From positions 558,001 to 622,000 of the forward strand of contig OZ025671.1 of NCBI GenBank assembly GCA_964019335.1: a stretch of DNA of 64,000 bases, in the 5' to 3' direction. Below are positions 8,672-20,429 of this stretch, piece after piece; the stretch's first letter is position 1; the number at the start of each line of letters is the position of its first letter. This DNA is from Diplonema japonicum (taxonomy: Eukaryota; Protista; Euglenozoa: Diplonemea). Made by a program: the position numbers and the translations under genes. The notes beneath the pieces are model-generated. The model searched no databases and was not told the origin of the DNA. It was given only the letters and a program-made list of their open reading frames with translations.

Positions 8672-11266
8672 TTAGTACGCGTAGGACTCTCGCTGAAGCA
8701 GCGCTGAGGAGTAATTGGGACCACCTACGGGGGATTTTGCCGTAGCGAGCCGTGTGCGTGATTCGTTAAGTGAACTCTTAAGAAGCTCGGAGGTTCGCTG
8801 CATTTCCGTGGCGGTACTTATGTGATTGGTACGTGTTTCCTGAACCTCATTGTCAAGCCGAGTAAGCTGGGACTGAAGCTCTTGAAACCTAAGATGCATA
8901 TCAGATTGTTGTGGGCTGCCTGCATGGCTGTGATGCGGCGCCCCTCCCCGGGGAGTACATCCCTCGTTCATTCGAATTAGTGAGCCCACCGACTCCTGGT
9001 ACGCAGCTAGCTTCACCTGGTACACTTCCCTCTTCTCCGCTAGTGCCTTCAGTCCAGACATCCTGTCTACTATTTTCTCCACAACTGGGTTGCGCTGGCC
9101 CGACTTCTCTAGCACTTCTAGTCGTTTCACTTCTTTCTCCAGTTCTGCGTTGGCTTCTTTTATGGCTTTGTTCTCTTCTTGCAGCTTGCTCACTTCCTTT
9201 AGTCCTCCGTTCACTTCAGCTTCTAGTAGTGACAACCTGCCGGAGGAGCCTTTTAGCTTCCCGCATACAGTTTCCAGTTCTATTTTCAGCCGTCCGCACC
9301 TTTCTGTCTTCCCGCGGAGGATTTCTTTTGTCTCTTCGAATTCCTCTTTCAATATTTGTAGTGCGATCCCGTCCCCTCTGGCTGCGTCCACGGCTGCGCC
9401 GTGCCGCTCGCGCAGTTCTTCCAAATCCTTCTTCCGTGCCGACAGGAGTTTTTTTTGTGTTTGCTCTGAGCTTCGTGCGCTGTTTAGCTCGGTTTTCAGT
9501 TGCTGCACTTCACTCACCAAGGCCTCCTCCTTCACCGTCTTCTGCTGCATCATGTTTTCGAGGACCATCTTAGCCTGCAGCTTTGCCGTCAGGCTGCTCT
9601 TCTCTTGCGACAGCAGCTGTGCCTCTTCCTCCTGGATCTGTAGCTTCCGCGTCAAGTGCTTGATCTCCACCTCCTTTGCGTCGACATCCATCTGCAGGTT
9701 GTTCGTGCGCCCGTTCAGCGCCACCTCCGTGTCAGCGGCCCCATCCTGCACCCGTTTGAGCTCGGCCTCGAGTGCTGTGCACCGCAGGGTTTTGCTGTCT
9801 GTTTCCATCTGCAGTGCTTGCAGGGTGGCTTTCTGTGCAGACACAAGACTCTCCTTCTCTTGTTGAGCCTTTTGTAGGGCCTTTTGAAGAGCAGATTTCG
9901 TGTTCCGGTTCTCGTCCTGACTCTCGACCAGCTCCCCCCGCAGCTGAGTATTCTCCTCCTCCTGCTGTTTCACCTGGAGTCGGCTGCTCTCCAAGTCCTC
10001 CGTCATGGCACTCATTTCTTTTGACTTCTCTGCTGTCGCTTTTTGTAAGCTTGCAAGAGTGCTGGACAGTGTGTCACATTCCTGCTGCAGTGCTGCTATT
10101 GTTTCACTCGTTGTCTTGTGTTTGTTCTCTGCCAATGTTGCCGCGTGGCGGGTGGTAATGGACAGGGCAAGTACCGCCGCTTCCTCCAACTCCGCCATCA
10201 AGGTCGCAGTGTGTTCACTGATGATGTAACTCCTCTGAAGAGACTCGTCGTTGCACAGCGACGCCACTTCGTGTTCTTGCAGAGTATCCTCCAGCTCTCC
10301 TATGCGGAGGGCCATGCTTGTGGCCTCGGCGGCATTATTAAGCGTTTGCCGCTGGCACCACTGCATGTCCTCCTTCTCCCGTTCGAGCATCTCCGATTGG
10401 TGCTTCAACTTGGCCTCCGCTTCTTTCAGCTCTTCCATGGCTAGCACTGCTGTCACTTTGTCTACATGTTTGGACTGTATGGACCCCCGTGCCTCTTCGT
10501 GCAGTGTGCTCGTCAGCTCTTCGTTCTCCTCCCTCAGGCTCTCATTTTCTTGCTTCAGGTTTTCCATCTCCTCTTCTCGTTCCTTGAGCTCTTTGATCAG
10601 CTGCTCCCCCATCCCCACACACGCTAAGACCTCCTCCTCACGCAGTGCAACTAGCTCTTTCATTTCATCAAGGCGCTTTAACTGCTCCAAAATCGATCCC
10701 CCCGACTGCTTCCTGCTCCCAGTTGACGGCGGCTTTTCAAGCAGCTGCGAGGTAGAGTTGCCACCTGTCGAGTTATAACGCTGAACGAGATCCTCACGCA
10801 GCTGCGACCCGAGGTTGGCAAGTGCCTCGCTGAGCTCCTTACGGTTCTTTGCCTGTCCAAGCTTGGTGAGGGGTGTCCGCCTTCCCGCGTTTGGTGCAGA
10901 GAGAGTGCGCATGAGTGGATTGGATGTGTCAGATGACCTGCTGATGAGGTTGGGGAAGGCAGAGGCGCAGAAGGTCATCTTCTCCACAGGGCTCACCGGT
11001 GAGTTGCCCCTGTGTCGACGGGCCGTCTCTTCTACTAGTTGGACATCGATCCCTAGCAGCGAAGGCCGCAGCGCCTCACCAGGCATGGACTGCGTGCTGC
11101 TGGGCACGCTGGTGGTGTCGTCATCGCTGGCAACACTAGCAGCGGGTGCAGGGGGTAGGCTGGAGCCGCTCACGCTGCCACGCCGCCTTGAAAAGCTGGC
11201 GGGGTGCAGTGAGGGCGAGATTCTTATGACGTGCGAATTCGCATCTTCGGCATCAGCTGACTTCAT
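8672..11266 (-). CDS. Long coiled-coil protein (~864 aa)
   Basis: Uninterrupted ORF: Ser/Pro-rich N-terminus, then E/K/Q/L heptad-rich coiled coil. ATG at 11266 follows ACCACAG|GC. Confidence 0.85.
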   Translation of the reverse strand: MKSADAEDANSHVIRISPSLHPASFSRRRGSVSGSSLPPAPAASVASDDDTTSVPSSTQSMPGEALRPSLLGIDVQLVEETARRHRGNSPVSPVEKMTFCASAFPNLISRSSDTSNPLMRTLSAPNAGRRTPLTKLGQAKNRKELSEALANLGSQLREDLVQRYNSTGGNSTSQLLEKPPSTGSRKQSGGSILEQLKRLDEMKELVALREEEVLACVGMGEQLIKELKEREEEMENLKQENESLREENEELTSTLHEEARGSIQSKHVDKVTAVLAMEELKEAEAKLKHQSEMLEREKEDMQWCQRQTLNNAAEATSMALRIGELEDTLQEHEVASLCNDESLQRSYIISEHTATLMAELEEAAVLALSITTRHAATLAENKHKTTSETIAALQQECDTLSSTLASLQKATAEKSKEMSAMTEDLESSRLQVKQQEEENTQLRGELVESQDENRNTKSALQKALQKAQQEKESLVSAQKATLQALQMETDSKTLRCTALEAELKRVQDGAADTEVALNGRTNNLQMDVDAKEVEIKHLTRKLQIQEEEAQLLSQEKSSLTAKLQAKMVLENMMQQKTVKEEALVSEVQQLKTELNSARSSEQTQKKLLSARKKDLEELRERHGAAVDAARGDGIALQILKEEFEETKEILRGKTERCGRLKIELETVCGKLKGSSGRLSLLEAEVNGGLKEVSKLQEENKAIKEANAELEKEVKRLEVLEKSGQRNPVVEKIVDRMSGLKALAEKREVYQVKLAAYQESVGSLIRMNEGCTPRGGAPHHSHAGSPQQSDMHLRFQELQSQLTRLDNEVQETRTNHISTATEMQRTSELLKSSLNESRTRLATAKSPVGGPNYSSALLQRESYAY

Positions 11267-11332
11267 GCCTGTGGTGTGGTGTGCGGCGATCAGAAGAGAA
11301 AACAAAAAGAAAAAGGAGGGGGGGGGAGGTAT

Positions 11333-12481
11333 TTAAAAAAGAGAGAATAAATGTACTCGCTTTTTAAAAGCGTATCTTAGAAGCAAACGTCTCAGCAAGA
11401 CAAGGGCTAGAAGGGCAGCGAGGAGGACAAGCGTGTAGCTTCTCGCCGCGGGTTTCGGTCGTCGGAGGACACGGCGGTACTTTTCAAGGTGCGCATCTGT
11501 GAGCTCATGGGTGCGCATGGCACCTTCTGTGTCAAAGCCAACCCTGCAGACAGGACACACAAGGTTTCTTTTACGAGCAGTGGGGGCAGGCACGCCTAGA
11601 TCATTGAAGAAGTAAGGCGATGGACATATAAGACGGGGCGGGGGCGGGGAGAGGAGAAACGACAACACCACGGGAACAGTCAGAACATGCTCGTCACATC
11701 TGTGGAAGGAACGTCCACTGTGCGACACGAGCAACAGCAGTGGTTGCGAGGAAGGCACACCGCAGACCTTTCCTCCAGAGGCTCCCATCCGGCTGCGGAT
11801 GTCGCGGGTCCTCTCCTTGTCCCACTCCACCACGAACTGGTAACCAGCTTTCCCACTGTCAGCAAAGCATGTCTTGATAACTCCAAGGATCTCTTGACAA
11901 TGTGCAGTTTTTTCACGACACCCCTCAACCAGAATCATAGCAACGAGGCCTTCACTGACTTCCTTATACCTCCCGACATGAGGGGTGTTCCCCCATCCGT
12001 CTGCAAGGTGGCCGATACCATCCCTCGTAAGCAGCCGATTCTTGTGGAATATATGACAAGAAGGATATTTTGTGCTGTACCTTACTGCGATCTGGGAGGA
12101 GGCTGAGCATGCCAGGACGGTCCGTGTGAAGGGTGATATGGTGTAAGGGTTGGCTATTACAGTGATCCCAGAGGGATGGGTGCAGGTTTTGTGTTTAGTG
12201 GCGCCACACGTTGAGCAGCGAAGGTGGGTGTCTGTGTGTATCAGAAGGTTGCATTGATCACACGTCACTGCGCCTTGTTTTGCTGTTGTCACAGAAAGCA
12301 CTCTGTGTCCCGGTTTGCAACCTTCCCCGTACGCTACTCTGCCCCTCCACCGGGTCCATCTTTCTCTCGGTTTTTTTTGTACGACAGAATTTTCCCTGTT
12401 TATCAACAGACGTATTAAGTCGCTTCTGTCACTTTGCAAACAACGAACTTCATCTTCATATTTTGTTGGTTTACCACCCAT
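11333..12481 (-). CDS. Zinc-finger protein with C-terminal transmembrane helix
   Basis: C1-like H...CDQC...CSTC...HKTC; C2H2-like CPVC...HELTDAH; hydrophobic tail YTLVLLAALLALVLL; N-terminal MGG. Confidence 0.75.
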   Translation of the reverse strand: MGGKPTKYEDEVRCLQSDRSDLIRLLINRENSVVQKKPRERWTRWRGRVAYGEGCKPGHRVLSVTTAKQGAVTCDQCNLLIHTDTHLRCSTCGATKHKTCTHPSGITVIANPYTISPFTRTVLACSASSQIAVRYSTKYPSCHIFHKNRLLTRDGIGHLADGWGNTPHVGRYKEVSEGLVAMILVEGCREKTAHCQEILGVIKTCFADSGKAGYQFVVEWDKERTRDIRSRMGASGGKVCGVPSSQPLLLLVSHSGRSFHRCDEHVLTVPVVLSFLLSPPPPRLICPSPYFFNDLGVPAPTARKRNLVCPVCRVGFDTEGAMRTHELTDAHLEKYRRVLRRPKPAARSYTLVLLAALLALVLLRRLLLRYAFKKRVHLFSLF

Positions 12482-14827
12482 GTGTCCCGGGGTACTGGGT
12501 TGTGTGAATGCAAAAAGAAAGAAAGAAAAAAAGAGAGTGAAAAAAAAAAGAGGAATGGATCAAAAAAAAAAAAAAAAAACCCTCCCACTCCGCCGCTTTT
12601 TCTGCTTTCTTTTTCAGGTTTTGCTTAACAACTCGACTGGGGTGAAGGAAAGAAAGAAAGGAAAGCGAGTATTTTCTTTCTTTTTCTTTCTTCTTTTTCT
12701 TTTCTCTCGCATTCTTAGACATGTCAATGTGCACAAGAAAAAAAAGGGGGGGGGTGTGCAGCACTGACTTTCATCTTTTTTTTTCTTCTTTCCTTCGTCC
12801 AGTTGGTTGTTAAAGCATCCCGTCATTGAGTAAAGGAAGAAGAAAAAACACTGTAGAAAAAAAAAAGGCGGAAGAAAAAAGAAAAAAAAGAAGAAAAGAG
12901 AAACGAGCAAGGAATAAGGCGGGGAATGGAATGAAGACGGAGTCAGTAAGGAAGGAAAAAAAAAAAGTGAAAAAGAAAAGTGAGAGAAACGAATTTTCAA
13001 AAAAAAAAAAAAAGGGAGGGGAAAGAAAAAAGAAAAGAATAATATAACTCGGTGCAATGAAACTTTTGTCGTCCATTGAACGTTGCTGTAGTTGCCCCTT
13101 AGAAGTTTTGCTTCTCCCTTTTTTTTTTTTACTCCCTCTTTTTTATTTTTTGTTTTGCTTAAGCAAATAAATCAGAAAAGAAGAGAAGGATGGGAACAAA
13201 AAAAAGGGGGGGAATCAAACGTTGGCCTTAAGAACCTTTTCCGCACCACGCGGCAAGTTCTAGTTCTTCTTTTCTTTCTCTCCTTTCTTCCCCTTAAAAG
13301 TTGCATTTTTTAGAAGCATAAAAAAAAAAATAATAATAATAAAGGAGTAGTGGTAGCATGCAGTATGTACCCCAGGATCTGAACCGTGTGAACCAACATT
13401 TTGTTGTTGTTTTTTTTTGTGTGGTTTTACCGATCGTCAGGTGAGGAACACAACCTTGCTCCAAAATACAAAAAAAAAAAAAAAAAAGAGGCAGAAGGAA
13501 TGGGGGAGACGATCAATACAGCCACACAACAAGCAACAAGACAATTTACTGTAAGTACTCCAGAGGGAAGAGAATTCACTATGACAGGGAAAACTGTGAG
13601 TGGTAGGTATCGACCGCACGGTTCCTACTTTTTTTCTTCTTCCCCCCCCCCCCCCTCTCGGCGGGACAAAAATTAAAAGGTTTACAGGGTTTAAAAAAAA
13701 AAAAAAAAAACAATTTCCCCACCTTTCCTCTTTTTTTTCGTTTGTTGGTTCTTTTTTTTTTCTTTTTTTTTTTTCCTTGGCTGCTGCCCCTGACGATATA
13801 TTTGTGTTTTTTTTTTTTCTTCATAAAAAAATATAGCACGAAGGGAGGCAATACTAGGGACTTCTAAGCCATTCCCCGTCGTGCGAATGATCTAACATCC
13901 CGTGGTTGATTATAACAAAAAAGAAATGGGGAAGTTAGCACACACGGCTTGAGGAGGGGCCCCCAGTTCCTCTCTTTTTCTTTTTTGCAACAAATCTAAA
14001 AAAGTGCGCACGGCGCATGTTCAAAAATACGCATACGTACGGCCGTACGTGGGCAACGAGCCCTTAGGGGGGGGGGGGGGGGGGGGGGGGTAGTCCCTTT
14101 CGTCACTCTGATATCGAATGAGTTGGGTTCGTTTAAAATAAGAAAACAAGAAAAAGGAGAAAAAAAATAAGTCACACATTATTGTACCGCATTTTGTCTT
14201 TATTGAAAAAAAAGTTTTTTTGTTCCTTCTTTTTATTTTCCCCCCCCCTCTGGGAACAGGGGAAGAAAAAGAAAAACACGACCCGCGACTGGTATAAATA
14301 CCTTCTACCTCACGCACAGATCTCAAGATAACTATTTTTTTTTTTCGAAGGGAAAAATAAAAAAAATAATAAAAAAGGGTGGGGAGGGGGAATAACATAT
14401 AACCAAGAGGTAAATAATAATAATAAAAAAAAAACTTCCACTCGTTTCCTGGTGGGCAAAACATGCCTAACCTTTTTTTTAGGGTTTTTTTTCTTTTTTT
14501 TTTTTCCCTGTGGTCTTGAGAAATAGTAGCTTGCAAAAAAAAAAAAAAAAAAAAAAGAATTTTTTTTTTCCCGCAGGTCTTTTGTTTTGTAAAAGATGAG
14601 CCTGGCTACATCTTGTTTAATTGGGAACGTATGAGGGGGTGACAGCACAACCACCACCCTGTTCTTCAGGAGGGGCACGTGCTCATCAAGGGAGCGCACC
14701 CAGCGAAGGTGAAGAAAAAAGAACATTTAGCGAGATGCCTTCTGTTTGTTGTTTTCAAGGCACGGTAAAAAAAAAAAGAAAAAAAAAAAAAAAACGAGAA
14801 TGAATACCACAAGGGAGAATACCAATA

Positions 14828-14877
<50 letters not shown>

Positions 14878-15428
14878 ACTTGAGCTCTGCTACTTAGATC
14901 CTCATTCTATTATTTTTGACGAAATAACAACATTTTTTCTCTTTTTTTTCCCCCCCCCACTTTCTTCTTCTCCTCCTGAGAAAAGAATGCAAAGCGAGCG
15001 TCAACTTTAAACAAATGGGTATCGTATATAAGCTGAACAAAAAAAAGAGGAAGAGAAAAAAAAAGGACAATTGTATCTCCAGCGAGCTCTCCCCTTTTTT
15101 CTCTCTCTCTCCTTCACAATGTCAAAATAAATACCACTGTGTGTGGGGGAAGGGGATCAAAAAATTTTTTTTCTCCATCCTTCTAGTGACGAAACAAAAC
15201 TTACTAGAAATGCGGGCGCGGTTAGTGAAGATGACAGCAACAAAAAAAAAAAATGGGTAAAGAAAAAAAAAAAAAAAAAAAGAAAAAAAAATCAATTTTC
15301 ACATGCAAACTCCGCGAAAGAGCTGAAGACACTTGTTGGATAGGTGGCCATCAGAAGGTTTTTTCCCACTTTTTTCCCCCCCCTTTCATCATACCTTAAG
15401 CTAGCCAAAATGTTAGGAATGTTGGTCC

Positions 15429-15461
<33 letters not shown>

Positions 15462-16378
15462 AAAAAAAAGAGAAACATGTACTACTGAATGGAATTTATG
15501 TTTCCAATTTTCTTTTGATAGAAAAAAAACTCTCATTTTTTAACTTGAAAAAAAAAAATCCTAAAACCCCAAGGAAGAAAAAAAATTTTTAGGGTTGCAA
15601 GGAATGGTTTCATTTCTATTTCTTTTTTTTTATTTTTGCAAGCACGAGTCTTTGATTTGTCTTGACAAAAGGAAACGTTAACAGAAAGCCACAACCAGCC
15701 TCTTTTCCCTGACACCCACCATCTTCAGTATTTTCTTTTTTTCGTTTTTTTGTTTTCATTTTTTTTTTTTTTTTTTTTTCAATAGGTTATATGTTTTACA
15801 AGTATTGTATTTTTCATGAAGGTTCTTCTTCTTCTTTTTCCTCTTCAAAACACCTAATATTTTAGATTTTCAACACAGTCTCTTGATTTTTTGTCCCAGA
15901 AGGTGTTCAGAAAAAATAATGCACCTCGGTTTCCCTTCAGAAAAAAAAGGGGGGGTGTCCGAAAAAAAAGAAAAAAAAGCTTCTTTTTTTTTTTTGGGGG
16001 GTGTCTCCCTTTTTTTTTTCTTTCGGGGAAAAAATTAAGAGACGTAAAACGAGAAAAAAAAAGAGAAAGTAGAACAGAGATCCCTCCCCCTTTTTTCATT
16101 TCTACTCTTTTTCTCTTTTAATTCTAACTCTAATTGAGATTACGGCCGTCCAGGGTGTTCGAGTAAGGGGTACTAGATGGGGGGGGGTTTTTTTTTCTTC
16201 TAAAATATATATTTTATATATTAACTAATGGATCTTTCTTCTGAATATATTTTCAAGCAACCGCAGACATGGCACTATCGAGTAGCTGGAAGGATACCTA
16301 AATACAAGATTCGTTCTTCAAGATAATTCTCCTCCCTCAACGCCCTCCCCCCCCCCCCCCCCCCCCCCCCCGGCATTG

Positions 16379-16473
16379 AGTGCATCCAAATCAGATCCAA
16401 AAATCAAATCCTGATTTTGCATTTCTGGGGAGAAATTGCCAACAAATTGCCCGAAAACCGGATTGGATGCACT
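16379..16473. repeat. Short inverted-repeat (MITE-like) unit
   Basis: AGTGCATCCAA (16379-89)/TTGGATGCACT (16463-73), 11-bp perfect IR. Confidence 0.4.
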
Positions 16474-18599
16474 TTTTTTTTTCCCTTCGGTTTTTCAAAA
16501 AAAAGAAAAAAAAAAAGCGTTTCTAAGGCAGCTTGACCTTTAGAAATTCAACATTTTTGTGGGAACAAAAAAGGGGGGGGGGGGGAAACCCATGCTCTGA
16601 CCTGCTTTAACCCTTTACAGGACCCTATGGGTGCAGTGTGAAAGCAAATTTGACCCCCCCCCCCAAGTTCGCTTTTTTTTCGCTCTTTCCTTTTATTTTC
16701 TCTTTTTTTTTAAATATTTTGTACATTAGTTCAGCCACAGTGGGCAACAAATGGTACAAGTGAGAGAAGCAAGAAAAAGAAGAAGAATAGGAAGAAAAAG
16801 AAAAATTGAAACGTATCCTGCACTTCTAAACTATAAAGTAGTCTCATTACCATGTACAACGGTGACTAGCTTTCTACAAATATAAATTTAAACCCACCTC
16901 TCATTTAAAAAAAAGAAAGAAACACGATCTAGCACCCCTTGAAAGTACAAAAATATGTTCACTGGTGTGCCGAAGGTGATGGATTTGGAGAAAAAAAAAA
17001 AAAAAGAAAACATTTTGCGGCGTGCTGAAGGGAATTCCTTACGTCGCCATCACTCGTTTGTCTTGATAAGACTCGTTTTTTTTTTTTTTTTTTTTTTTGT
17101 TGAAGAAAAAAAAAGAAGAAAAAAAAGAAGAAGGCCTTTAATAAATACCAACAATAAAAGGTTCCCTTCCCCCCCCCCCCCCTACCCACCAAACATTTTA
17201 TTCCGATTCAATTCGCTTACGTGTATGATAAAGTAGAAAAAAAGGGGGGGGGGAGAACTGCAAATATGAAAACGTGTCACGGTCCGAAGGATTTTTTTTC
17301 TCTTTTTTTTTTTTCGGACGTCTGAATTTTGTCAGGCCGGAGCAGGAAGGCCACTGGAGAATTTTTTTATCTCTTTTTTTTTTTTTTTTAGCGTCCGGGG
17401 ATTAATCAGTGTGACATTTTTTTTTTTCACTTCACAGAAAATTGAAAGGGGTGAGAACGTGGGAAAGGGAGGGGAAAAAAAAAAAGAAAAAAAAAAACCA
17501 CAACAAAAACGCATCATGTCCCTTAACTCAAACAAAAAAAAAAAAAAAAAAAACAAAAAGGTTGCCTCGAAAACAAACTTTGAAGTGCAGAGATGCATAA
17601 TGCGCGCAAAAAAAAAAAATGGCTGGAGCCTCCGAAATATCCTCATTTTCTTTTCCCTTTCCTCTCCCCCCCCCCCCCTTTTTTTGCCTCCGTTCTCTTC
17701 AAGTTTATAGAGTTGTCACCATGAACTTTTCCTACACTGCTATTACACAAACACCAGAGGGAAGGGAGAAAGAAAGAAAAAGAAGAAAAGAAAGAAGATT
17801 GAGAGGAGAAGGGGGGGGGGGGGGGGGGGAGAGGAGTTTCTTTCTTTTTTTCTCTCTAGGGTCGTGCCCCCCAGGATGTCGAATAAATCGTTCACAAAAA
17901 AAAAAGGAGGAGGGAAAAAAAAAAAGAAAAGAAAAAAAAAAAGAGAAAAAAAACCATATTTGGGTTGAGACAGGGAAGGGGAACTAAATTCGTATTTTTC
18001 AAAAAAAAAAAGAAGGGAAAAAAAAAAAATCATCCCCAGAACACCTAGCGCACCCTGTGTAGCCTTCCCTTCACAGTAGGTGCGGGAGAACAAGTAATTG
18101 GGGGGAAAGGGAGGGAGAAATTAGAAAACTTTTTTTTTCCTTTTTTTTTCTTTTTTTGGTGAATTATAAATACCTCTTACGAATAGGGTAACAAATATCG
18201 TTCCACTGATAGTTGACCGAAATGGCAATGCGCATTCTTCACCAGGAAGAATAGGAATAATATACTAATGTGCACTCCCCCTCTTTTTTTTCCGGTCATT
18301 TTTTTCTCAAGGTGCCCTACATGCCTACCTTGGAAAAAAAAAATGTTTGCAACGAGTGACTTAAATGACCCGACGAAGAAAAAAAAACCCCCCCGACAAA
18401 AATGACCATAAGTTGCTGTTGTTAAAATAGCCCTTTTCATAACCTACCACTACACCGCGGGGGGGTGGGAAAGGCAGAAAACGTAATTTTTACCCGCTTT
18501 TTTTTTTTTTTTTTTTTTTTTTTTCCGTCAGTTCTTTTTTTCTTCTTCTTTTTTTTCCCTTTTTGTTCCCCCATGTTGTGAAGCTAGCCTAGGGTTAAC

Positions 18600-18634
<35 letters not shown>

Positions 18635-19438
18635 GTTGTATTGTTGCTTTGTGCAAATCAGATAGTTCCTAGGAAAAATCTCAATGCCTACCACTACTCG
18701 TTTTTTTTTTTTTTTTTTTTTAGCTTCGACAATAAGGGTTTACTGGGAAAAAAAAGAGAAATACAAAATAGGAGAAAATAGCAACCACCAAAGCGTCAAA
18801 TCTCGAGTCATTTTTAAGGAGGTGAAGGGTACAAAAAGAAATATATATTTTATGCCACACTAAAATGCTTCTTTGAAGAAACCACAGTTTATTTTTTTTT
18901 CTTTTTCTTTCTTCCTTTTTCCCATCCTTTATTTTTCCTACCTGTAGTTGTAATAGAGTTGTAAAAAAAGAAAAAGAAAATTGCTATTCGCACGAGCAAA
19001 AAAAAAGGGAAAAAAAAACTATTCTTTTAAGTATGCGGCTTTGCGCCCACCGGCTTAAAAAAAACAAAACAAAAAAAAGAAGAATTTAGAGAAAAAAAAA
19101 TTGCTATTTTTTTCCCTTCTTTTTTTGCTCGGTACAATTAGAAAAAGTTGTCATAAATGGTAAAATCATTTTTCTTTTGAAAAAAAAAAAAAAAAAAAAA
19201 GAACAAATTCATAGAGGAAAACAAAAAAAACAAAACAAAAAAAAGCGAATAAATTAAACAAGGCAGGCAACTGAGTTAACTGTGGGGTATGAGATTGAGT
19301 ATTTTTTTTTTTTCTTTCTTCTCCTCCTTTTTCTTTTGACAAGAACACGCTGTTCACGGTTATCAAAAAGAAAAAAAAAAAAGAAAATCTTGTTAAGATT
19401 CGCCATCGACTGCTCAGAACTCAAAACCACCACCTTTC

Positions 19439-19472
<34 letters not shown>

Positions 19473-19532
19473 TTTTTTTTTCCGAATTCCCGTCAGGTGC
19501 CCTCCCTCTTCAACTCAAAACATTTTATAAAA

Positions 19533-20277
19533 AAAATAGCTATTTACTGCCAACAAGTAATGACTTTACCGTTACCTCGAGGTTCCGCATTTTACCGTCG
19601 AGGGCCCGCAGGGCCCGAGATGGTAAAATGCGGAACCTCGAGGTCGGTAAAGCATTACTTGGCGGTAGGTAAGTGGTTTTATTTCACGACACTCAGAAAT
19701 TACTTCACCACGAGGGGCACAACAGGGTGACAAGGGGTACAACAAGAGAGGGGTTACAAAGGTTACAATACAAGTTGTTTTTCCTCCTTTTGTTGACTAA
19801 GAGCTGCCGCTGTCGCTGGCATTGCCACTGTCACCATCTCTAATCAGGCCTTCCCATACCTAGCGCGGCCGCTGGCTCCTTTTTTCTGCTGCTTCGGTAT
19901 TTTGAAGTCTTTTGGGGTGCTTGGGTAAGCTGACTAAGTTACCCTTACCCACAGAAGAGTTACCCACAGAAACTGGGAACAAGGCCTAGCCAAAAGTGGG
20001 CAAATTGGAGGAAAAAGTAGTCCAACTTGGAACTGAGCCGAGGCAAAAGTTGGCCAATTGAGCTGAACCTGGGGGGAAATAGCAAACTGAGAGGAAAAAG
20101 TAGCCCCACTGGGAACCGAACCGAGGCAAAAATTGGCCTACCGAGGCATATTATTTAACGGAAACCCCCTATTACTTCACGGAAAACAGGCCATTATTTC
20201 ACCGTGAAGTAATGAGATTTAGCGTGAAGTAATGGGCCCCCCAGTGCGTGAAGTAATTTCTGAAGAGTGAAATAAAA
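19533..20277. mobile_element. Non-autonomous element with long terminal hairpin and inverted repeats
   Basis: Imperfect hairpin 19533-19680 with a perfect 23-bp core (19574-96/19622-44). IRs TTTTATTTCAC..TCAGAAATTACTTCAC (19677-19708)/GTGAAGTAATTTCTGA..GTGAAATAAAA (20248-77). Internal direct repeats; lacks the homopolymer decay of the flanks. Confidence 0.7.
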
Positions 20278-20429
20278 AAAAAAAATTCAACGAATACAAA
20301 AGGAACAAAAGAAAAAAAAAAGGGGGGAGGGAGGGGGGATCATCACTCAACCTCTCAATGGAGAAGGCAATGACACATGTATAACAAAGGTTCTATTATT
20401 TCTTTTTTTTTTCTTTTTCTTTTTCCTCT

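Noticed and set aside
14035-14050. Perfect 16-bp palindrome ACGTACGGCCGTACGT
   Set aside because: Single and isolated, with no context to support a function.
19980-20150. Short direct repeats suggestive of a CRISPR-like array
   Set aside because: Only 2-3 degenerate internal repeats of a eukaryotic element; no regular spacers and no cas genes.
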